DNA of 18,785 nt from Promethearchaeia archaeon (GTDB lineage Archaea > Asgardarchaeota > Lokiarchaeia > Sigyniarchaeales > SOKP01). Each line of letters starts with the position of its first letter. Positions within the stretch are counted from its first letter, which is position 1. The notes beneath the pieces are model-generated. The model did not search any database, had not been told where the DNA came from, and worked only from the letters and a program-made list of their open reading frames with translations. This document shows positions 7,892 to 15,084 of the stretch, one piece after another. The stretch is taken from contig JAWOCD010000068.1 of the NCBI GenBank assembly GCA_046483985.1, forward strand, positions 1 through 18,785, read 5' to 3'. Position numbers and translations under genes: made by a program.

Positions 7892-8401
7892 GTGAAAATG
7901 GGAACATTAACAGAAAAAGAAATAAGCGATTTACCAAAGCGATTTGATACGGTTCCATATAATACATTTTTTAAGTTGTGGTATGCCCTTCAAAAGGCTC
8001 TTCCTGACGATGAGAAGACTAAAATCCTCACAAGAATTGGGCGTACGATTGGAAGAGAATTTGACAATTCTAATATTGAAGATATCAATGATCTTCTCTC
8101 TCGCCTGCGTAGATTTTTAGAGACGGAATGGGCGATTACTGATAACGCTAAAGTTGATATTGTAAGAGATGATGAAGGCAATGTTTCGAAAATTAGAGCA
8201 AAACAAGATAGTTGTAAGATGTGTTTTGCAAATACATATTATCGATATCACGATTACGGGACCCCATCATGTATGTTTCCGCAGGTCATGATGGGGATAT
8301 TATCAAAAGTACGGAGAAAATTAGGGTTTTCTAACCTCAGATTTGAGGGCGTCCAGAAAGGCGGGGTTGGCGAGTGTGCTATGGTATGGAACGTTAGTTA
8401 A
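7892..8401 (+). CDS. Stand-alone V4R-like (HNOB/TRAPP-Bet3 fold) protein
   Basis: ILTRIGRTIGREF helix, then CKMC, SCMFPQVMMGIL and GGVGECAMVWNV: the Cys spacing and terminal strand of V4R domains. Start at GTG 7892 or ATG 7898. Confidence 0.6.
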   Translation: MKMGTLTEKEISDLPKRFDTVPYNTFFKLWYALQKALPDDEKTKILTRIGRTIGREFDNSNIEDINDLLSRLRRFLETEWAITDNAKVDIVRDDEGNVSKIRAKQDSCKMCFANTYYRYHDYGTPSCMFPQVMMGILSKVRRKLGFSNLRFEGVQKGGVGECAMVWNVS

Positions 8402-8525
8402 AATTTTTTGTATTTTTTTCTTCAATAGACGATATACATTCTATCTTTCTTAATCTCAAAACATAAGCTATCTTTATTTCATAAACCGAAAATATAAATA
8501 GATTACATGAAATCTAATCTTAAAG

Positions 8526-8888
8526 ATGAATCTAAAACGAATAGGTATAGCAACTTTACTCGGCGGAATTTTAGGGGTTTTCTGTATTTTAGGGGCAAGT
8601 GGAAGATTAGGGGGATGGATTGGTAACGAAATCCTTATAATCGGACTATGGTACAATCGAGTTGTTATGGGACTCATAATCGGATTAGCTAGTTCCTTAA
8701 AACTAGTTAAGGACGGTAAGATGAATAAATGGCTAAACAGTATTATTAGAGGAGCGATTTTAGGTACATTTATATCCTTACAATTCTACCTGACTACCAG
8801 TTTTCTTGATTTTATGAGTTTCCTTGCGGGGATTCTCTACGGAGTTATTATTGATTTAATATCCACATTGGCTACTGAAAAATCTTAA
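8526..8888 (+). CDS. Small integral membrane protein (~4 TM), unknown function
   Basis: Four hydrophobic Gly-rich segments; WYNRVVMGLIIG and FLAGILYGVIID motifs. Confidence 0.75.
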   Translation: MNLKRIGIATLLGGILGVFCILGASGRLGGWIGNEILIIGLWYNRVVMGLIIGLASSLKLVKDGKMNKWLNSIIRGAILGTFISLQFYLTTSFLDFMSFLAGILYGVIIDLISTLATEKS

Positions 8889-9064
8889 AAATCCTTACTT
8901 TTTATTTTTTTAAATTTGGTTGCGACTGTGCCATCTAATAGTATATATTTCCTTTTTAAATTGTGGTCAATTATTAGGTTTGTTAAGTTTGATAAGTTAA
9001 AAGGGTTTATGTCTGAGGGGGGATTATCTCATATTATATTACCGAAAGGTGAACATGAAAAAAG

Positions 9065-10279
9065 ATGAAATCCCACAAAATAAACAAATATCTTACCGTC
9101 CGCTTGGAAGGCGGTAGGACGATGATTTATGTCAACGAAAAACCATTCCGCTCGTGTACCACCCTCATTCTGAATATCCCGGCGGATCAAGCGGAAGAAA
9201 CACACCAAATCAATTCCATTGACGAGGCTGCGGAGATCTACAGCGAAAGACTCGACTCGGGCAGATATGGCATCCCGCCGGAAACCGAGTTCTGGGCGCA
9301 TTGCTCCAACCTGCAAGCATGGGCGGAAAATGACTACGATACCCGCCTTCTCCACAGTAATATTGCCTTTCCGCTCCTAAAAAAGCTCGTGGAAGCCGGA
9401 GATAAAAAAGCACTCGCCGCCTATAAGGATGAGATTTTCAGCAGAGCCGAATATGGCCATATACCCACCATCAAATTTCTCATCTGCAACAAATACCTCG
9501 AATATCTCACCCGAGAAGAGCGGGTACAAATCTACGAGATGGTCCATCAATCCTTCAAGGAAGAGTTTACAAAAACAGCCACCATCAAAGATCCGCACCG
9601 ATTAGATCGTGAGGTCCACCAACTGATTACAAATGACCCGTCGCTTCCCAAACCGATGATTCAAGACTTCATTTTATCGCTCCCCGAGGAAGCCCGAACC
9701 AATCTGCTCATTTCAATTGAGTATATTCTCAGTAATCCTCCGGGTGCGGTAATATCCGACCATTTTTTCGAGGATCTCTATGCCACCCACGCCGTACATC
9801 TCGGACGACGCCCTCATTGGAAGAAAAATTGGAGGAAGTTCCTACAAAAATTGAAAGAAATGAACAAGTTTCTACCCTTCTCCATAACGATCAACAATCA
9901 GATATACAGAAGTAAAAACCAAGTTCTTGACTTATCGGATGCAGCCATAATGCGCCCAGACGAGCTGGACATCGAGCAATTAAAAGCCCTGGAAAAACTA
10001 CGCATCTTGAAGGTGCAAAACCAGAAACTCGCATCTTTCACCGGCCTGGAACCCATGAAACACCTTACGGAACTATACCTCGCCGACAACCAACTGAACG
10101 AGATTGACCTTAAGGCCCCATTAAAATATGTAAAATATTTAGACCTCAGCAATAACAATTTCACCGGCATTGACTCCTTGGAGCAATTTCCGGCACTCGA
10201 ACATCTTATCTTACAGGGTAATCCGCTGGATCATATTGACGGACTAAAAGAAAAAACGGGTTTATATATTTACTTATGA
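9065..10279 (+). CDS. LRR protein with conserved Lokiarchaeal-type N-terminal domain; C-terminal SDS22-like LRRs
   Basis: N-domain KINKYLTVRLEGGRTMIYVN...SIDE...EFWAHCSNLQAWAENDYDTRLLHSNIAFPLLKKL. About 4-5 22-residue LRRs (LTELYLADNQLNEID, VKYLDLSNNNFTGID, LEHLILQGNPLDHID). Confidence 0.88.
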   Translation: MKSHKINKYLTVRLEGGRTMIYVNEKPFRSCTTLILNIPADQAEETHQINSIDEAAEIYSERLDSGRYGIPPETEFWAHCSNLQAWAENDYDTRLLHSNIAFPLLKKLVEAGDKKALAAYKDEIFSRAEYGHIPTIKFLICNKYLEYLTREERVQIYEMVHQSFKEEFTKTATIKDPHRLDREVHQLITNDPSLPKPMIQDFILSLPEEARTNLLISIEYILSNPPGAVISDHFFEDLYATHAVHLGRRPHWKKNWRKFLQKLKEMNKFLPFSITINNQIYRSKNQVLDLSDAAIMRPDELDIEQLKALEKLRILKVQNQKLASFTGLEPMKHLTELYLADNQLNEIDLKAPLKYVKYLDLSNNNFTGIDSLEQFPALEHLILQGNPLDHIDGLKEKTGLYIYL

Positions 10280-10402
10280 GCCATTCTTGCACTCCATGGA
10301 TTTGATCCCCATTTCACGATTACTTTAATTAATCTTGCAATAAGATAATCCTGGTTGCCCACTCATCTTTTCGATGCTATAAACCCACAAATTTTAAATT
10401 AT

Positions 10403-10432
10403 TGAAATCTCTGAAATCTCTGAAATCTCTGA
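10403..10432 (+). repeat. Short tandem repeat (TGAAATCTC)x3.3
   Basis: tgaaatctc tgaaatctc tgaaatctc tga read directly. Confidence 0.85.
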
Positions 10433-10510
10433 CCCATTTAGGTCCCTATTGATGAGACTAATGATGAACATCTGAATTTAGAGATCAAGAAAGCACTTTA
10501 GCATAAAAAT

Positions 10511-10577
10511 TGTATTTTTCTTCCAACCGCCGCACTAAATCTCGCTCCTCGAGGAACACCATTACTGGGAGAAAAAA
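10511..10577 (-). pseudogene. Internal fragment of an ICMT/PEMT-family gene, paralogous to 18341..18407
   Basis: Ungapped match of 53/67 nt by my count. Translates FFLPVMVFLEERDLVRRLEEKY vs FYLPIMILVEERDLVRRFGKKY in the intact gene. Confidence 0.8.
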
Positions 10578-10784
10578 TCGATTTTATCACTTAGCCCTTT
10601 CATAAACTCATATATTAATGAATTCAGAAATATTAATTATTATTGACCTGGAGAATCCTTTTAAAAAAACAGAAATCATTAGATTATACTAATTTTTAAT
10701 AGTCCAATTGTTTTTATAATTATAGAGATAAATTTAAAAAGAGATAGATAGATATAAGTATCCAATTAATCTAAAGGAATAATA

Positions 10785-10985
10785 ATGTCTGCGTTCATTA
10801 ATCCAAAAGTATTGAAATGGGCTAGGATCAAAGCCGGGTATTCAATTGAGGAGGCGGCAAAATCGTATGTAAGTCCCGAAAAGTTAAGAAAAGCAGAAAA
10901 AGGGGAAGAACATCTTACATTCAAACAATTCAATCTCCTTAACGGAATAGCAAAAATTTTTTCAAAAGGAAAAAATCCATTTTAA
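10785..10985 (+). pseudogene. XRE-family HTH; probably the truncated N-terminus of an XRE-ImmA/IrrE metallopeptidase fusion
   Basis: INPKVLKWARIKAGYSIEEAAK...EKGEEHLTFKQ matches the INPxxLxWAR...ExG...T.xQ start of XRE-IrrE proteins. Similarity stops after TFKQ and no HExxH domain follows. Confidence 0.6.
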
Positions 10986-11165
10986 AAATATCCAAATAAC
11001 AATGCTAAATAACAAGATCCTTTGTCCCTAATTTTGTCAAGTTTGTTACCCCATAATTGCAGCTTAGTGATCTTAGCAAATAAGGCGTTTCGTAACAATT
11101 TAAAACAGAGTAAAATATATGAATTATAATAATAATTAAAAATTAAAAGAGAGTGAAATTAATTT

Positions 11166-11765
11166 ATGAATCGTGATGATTATTTAAAAATATATTTGGC
11201 ACTAAGAACGGCAGATCCAAGATATGCTACGGCTGCGATCGCAACTTTACGTTTAGATATGAATAGAAATTTAGGTGAGGAAATTCAGAAGCAGATAATA
11301 ACCGAGGGTAATTCTATTAGCATAAATAAAAACGATTTTGATAATATCCCCTTAGAAATCCAAAACGGTTACTTCTCGTACCTCATGATTGAGGGGGGAT
11401 TGGATCCCGAAAATCTAAATGCTGTCACTCATCTCCTTCGTGATATTTTCCTGCCAATTGATCAGGACGATGACGGGTCTGAGGACCAGTTAATTCAGAC
11501 TTACCAAGAGTATTTAGATGAAGAAGATTACAGCAATGCGAGAATAATTTCTAATAAACTTCTTGCGCGGGCACTTAGAAATCAAGACCAACCTCTTGCG
11601 AGAGATGCAATAAATATGACATTGGAGGCATTAAATCAATGGCCAAGGGCTAGAAATAATCGGGGATATGAATTCGAGCAAAATAATTGGATTAGAGATA
11701 ATATTCAAGACTTGATGCGTACAGTCGATGGAGCCACACAAATAATGGAAACAAGCATTGATTAA
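11166..11765 (+). CDS. Hypothetical acidic helical protein
   Basis: 199-aa ORF preceded by an AT-rich promoter-like region and GAGAGTGA; no motif I recognise. Confidence 0.7.
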   Translation: MNRDDYLKIYLALRTADPRYATAAIATLRLDMNRNLGEEIQKQIITEGNSISINKNDFDNIPLEIQNGYFSYLMIEGGLDPENLNAVTHLLRDIFLPIDQDDDGSEDQLIQTYQEYLDEEDYSNARIISNKLLARALRNQDQPLARDAINMTLEALNQWPRARNNRGYEFEQNNWIRDNIQDLMRTVDGATQIMETSID

Positions 11766-11891
11766 TTGGGTTTATATATGTTTGCATTATAGAGAGACCT
11801 TGTACTTTAATTCTATCATAAACCTTATCACCGACAATAAAGGAAAGCCCTGTAGGTCGAGTTTATATTCCTAAGACCAATTAAAAGAACC

Positions 11892-11992
11892 CTATCGACT
11901 TGGAGATTCCCTAAAAACCTTATATCATCCTACTTTTAATCTTTAATTTAAGCCATGTTAATGAAGAAGCTAAACCTTTTCTTAACTATTCT
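11892..11992. repeat. Diverged direct repeat, copy 1 (copy 2 at 17391..17491)
   Basis: Ungapped 74/101 nt by my count (ctatcgactt...aatttaagccatg...ttaacta.tct); weaker similarity continues to ~12124 vs ~17612. Confidence 0.8.
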
Positions 11993-12155
11993 ATTGTTTG
12001 GAGACTGTTAAATTAGAGAAGGATTATTTAGCATTTTTATGTTCTATTAAGATGCTAAAATTCGGAAATCTTATGATATTAACCACCCTCTTAATAAAGC
12101 AGAACCTTCACATAAGGTTTAATATTCCCTCCCACACGCGAAAGATTTATTATGT

Positions 12156-12275
12156 TTAACTCCAATTGCATAATATATAGCTTTTAACTAACTTTTTTAG
12201 CAAGGGAAAGGCAATATTCCTATGCAATATTCTTGTATCATAGTTATAATCGACCCACGCTTGAAGATTTGAACA
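12156..12275 (-). pseudogene. Start-less fragment of the conserved LRR-family N-domain core
   Basis: Minus-strand frame CSNLQAWVDYNYDTRILHRNIAFPLLKKLVK(SYILCNWS*); no ATG back to the in-frame stop at 12351-12353. Confidence 0.88.
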
Positions 12276-12276
12276 A

Positions 12277-12372
12277 TCTTTTGATATATTATATATAGTG
12301 TTTGAGTTTATTAATGTTTGGATTCCCGGGAGACGTTTTACACTACTCTTTCACTTACGATTAACATAAGAA
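12277..12372 (-). promoter_or_regulatory. Duplicated upstream/promoter region, copy 1 (copy 2 at 17241..17339)
   Basis: 12277-12324 vs 17241-17288 match at 45/48 nt (tcttttgat.tattata.at.gtgtttgagtttattaatgtttggatt); looser match continues (ggag.c.ttttacac...ataagaa). Confidence 0.8.
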
Positions 12373-12424
12373 GTTTTACTTAAGCAAGATGAGCCGCTCT
12401 AACACCCCAAGAGTTATAAGTGCC

Positions 12425-13210
12425 TTAGCCATCGTATGCCTCAAGAAACGCTCTAAAGATTTCCGCGGCTTGCCCTCTCAAAATTCTTGTCCCCCGTCCA
12501 AGCACGGTGGTATCAAACGGCCATTCAATCTGTTCTAAAATGTCTGGCAGAATTTCCCAATTCGTATTATCCGTGAACTGAAGCGCTTTTCGAAATAATC
12601 GACTCTCCGAAACACTTCCTGCCGCTATAACAGGCTTAAGATCGGTCCGTATGACGTGAAAATTATGAAGAATTCGCTCCGGAACGGCGTGGTAATCAAG
12701 GCTTTCTCCGCTGAACCGATAATCAAACACCTCTTCAATTATAAAATAGCCGACTAAAAACTTACCCAAGACCTTCCGTTGAATTGGTCGCGCCAGGGTC
12801 ATATAGAAGGCCAGCATATCATTCTTTCGTAATTCGGATAAGGTCTTTGCTTTATTATTAGAACCCTCTCCGTAGGTGCAAGTTATGAATTCGGGGTCGT
12901 AATGCGGGATATATGACCGGATCGGCGCGCCGAGATATATCCTATTTTCCAAAAAGTCCCCCAGTGTCGTGAGATTCGGATATTCTGGCCACTTTTCAAC
13001 CTCAATGTGCTCGTAGGTTCGTATATCATACTTGTTATTTATCAATCTTTTATGGACGTAGAGGATATTGCCCAGTTTCTTGACATCAGCTTGTTTCTTG
13101 AGTGAAAACTCTGGAATGGGAATATAGTGAAATCTCCCATCATCCATCACGGGGGAATATTGCCGTCCCGAAGAGGATTCGATTCCAATCGGAAATATGG
13201 CTACCTTCAT
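12425..13210 (-). CDS. Nmad3-like (nucleotide modification associated domain 3) protein
   Basis: SPVMDDGRFHYIPIPE, PHYDPEF..CTYGE, L.KNDMLAFY.TL, FLVGYFIIEEV and HNFH match the Nmad3 motif order (SP..DG.F..IPIPE / H.DP.F / TYG / L..GD.L.FY / GY / N.H). Confidence 0.75.
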   Translation of the reverse strand: MKVAIFPIGIESSSGRQYSPVMDDGRFHYIPIPEFSLKKQADVKKLGNILYVHKRLINNKYDIRTYEHIEVEKWPEYPNLTTLGDFLENRIYLGAPIRSYIPHYDPEFITCTYGEGSNNKAKTLSELRKNDMLAFYMTLARPIQRKVLGKFLVGYFIIEEVFDYRFSGESLDYHAVPERILHNFHVIRTDLKPVIAAGSVSESRLFRKALQFTDNTNWEILPDILEQIEWPFDTTVLGRGTRILRGQAAEIFRAFLEAYDG

Positions 13211-13249
13211 TGTCTTACCCTCGTGTTTCCGTTTATGTTATACCTTTTG

Positions 13250-14653
13250 TCATTTCTTTTCATTATTATCGGCCCCCTTTTTTTGCTGTTCGCGCCTTGC
13301 ATCTTGTCTCTGTGGGTGCCCTCCATTTTTAAAAAAACCTATGAGTGGATACATAGGATTGGTGAGTAAGAATTCCACGTCCTTGATCTTTGAGGTAAGG
13401 AATTGTTTCTTTTTGGAGCTTTCGAAGGTCCGTTCCCGTACTTGCGTATATAAACGTAATGCGTGCTCATAATGGATTTTTCCCTTTTCCAAGATCTCGC
13501 CGTATTCCTCCATTCTACCCCCTTGAGGACCTTCTCTCCCAAGTTCATAACAATCTGCCAGTGCATGATGAACTTCCGCGTGCTCCAAAGCGGGAAGGTC
13601 GCATTCTCCCTCATCTTGAAGAGCAAGCAATCGTTCCAGATACTCCCTGCTTTTCTCGTATTCCCCTAATTCATAATGCAAATACCCGAAGGTGCGCAAC
13701 CTGTCGACTTCGCATTCCGGACACAATGCCTCAGATAAAACCTTCCGTAACGGCGTCACCGTACCGGAAATCCGTTTTCTGATGTATTGCATCTTTTCTT
13801 TATAACACTCCGGTATGGCCTTCTGCTCAAATGAACGCACATAGAACAGATAAGACCTCATCAACGAATGCCGCCATTGAGCCTTGCCCTTCTTTTTTAA
13901 CTCCTTCGAGCTAATGCCCGCCGATAGCTTATCATAGGCTGCTGCTAAGGTTTGATAGATGCCAGCCCACCGCAGTTCGGAAAAGGTTATATCATGCTGT
14001 TCGCAGAAGTCAATTAAGTCAAGATAATATTCTACTGCTTTTAGGTATTTCCCTTCTTTCAACTTATAATATGCATAGCATTCCATTTTAAACCACCGCT
14101 TCTCGAACCCACGCTTTAATTTACACACTTCATCAATAAACCGAAATACATTCCTAAAATCCCCTTTCAGCTCAAAAAACCTTATTTTGGCTAAATAAAA
14201 ATCTTTTAAAATCGACTTATCGAGACGCATATCGTGTTTAGTGATCAATCGCTCCACTGTTTCCAAAAGATCTTCAACCTTCTCCAAGTCTGCGTTCTCA
14301 TCTAAATCTATCAAATTTATACAAATCCCCAAGTAACTCATTATGAGACCGGACCGATAACCATTTTCTCTATAAATCTCCAATCCCTCTCGGTAGAACC
14401 GAAGAGACTTAGGGAAATTTCCTATTTTATAATAAGCACGTCCTAGCAACTCATAAATTCGTCCTTGGATAAACCAGACGGGAATCTTTTCACCCCTGGA
14501 CTGCACATATTCGCCGTGTTTCCCACTATACGTTTTTAGCTCGCCAGATAGATAGGAAACTAACTCCTTTAATTTCCCTTGTGATAAATACTCGTCCATT
14601 TGAGCGGAGATTTCTTCTAACATGCCCAATTTTTTTTTTGTTTTCAAATTCAT
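13250..14653 (-). CDS. Tetratricopeptide-repeat protein
   Basis: TPR-like units IYELLGRAYYKIGNFPKSLRFYREGLEIY, YYKLKEGKYLKAVEYYLDLI, LRTFGYLHYELGEYEKSREYLERLLAL, VHHALADCY; 39 bp upstream of the Nmad3-like gene, same strand. Confidence 0.8.
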   Translation of the reverse strand: MNLKTKKKLGMLEEISAQMDEYLSQGKLKELVSYLSGELKTYSGKHGEYVQSRGEKIPVWFIQGRIYELLGRAYYKIGNFPKSLRFYREGLEIYRENGYRSGLIMSYLGICINLIDLDENADLEKVEDLLETVERLITKHDMRLDKSILKDFYLAKIRFFELKGDFRNVFRFIDEVCKLKRGFEKRWFKMECYAYYKLKEGKYLKAVEYYLDLIDFCEQHDITFSELRWAGIYQTLAAAYDKLSAGISSKELKKKGKAQWRHSLMRSYLFYVRSFEQKAIPECYKEKMQYIRKRISGTVTPLRKVLSEALCPECEVDRLRTFGYLHYELGEYEKSREYLERLLALQDEGECDLPALEHAEVHHALADCYELGREGPQGGRMEEYGEILEKGKIHYEHALRLYTQVRERTFESSKKKQFLTSKIKDVEFLLTNPMYPLIGFFKNGGHPQRQDARREQQKKGADNNEKK

Positions 14654-15084
14654 ATTTTCATATCCCTCTTGAAAAATTCTTGCCTTACATTATGTATTAA
14701 TCAACACGACTATAAAAATGTTTACCTACAAGAAAAACCCCTTTATTTTTCGAGAACATCAGAGAGATTGGAGAGAACCGTCCCGCCAGTCATTAACCAC
14801 GACTTTTACCCGGTAAAAAATTCCGGCTCAAGGAAGTGAACCGAAAATTCTTGTCTTCAGCAAGCCGATTCTATTAATATCCTTAGCTGAATCACACGCT
14901 GGGAGAAATGAAGAAAATCGATCGGGAAAAAATTCAGAGCGTGCACTCTCGAGCCCCCTCTTATTTACTATGGATTTTACAAAAATAAAAGTCATAGAAA
15001 AGTAGAAAAAATAAAAAGGGGTTATTTTTGGGTAAGTTGGTTGGGTTTTCAACCATGAACTTTGGATGCACCTTTCAAGAGAAC

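Noticed and set aside
10403-10432. CRISPR or iteron interpretation of the 9-bp repeat
   Set aside because: Three contiguous units without spacers; no cas or rep genes; consistent with slippage.
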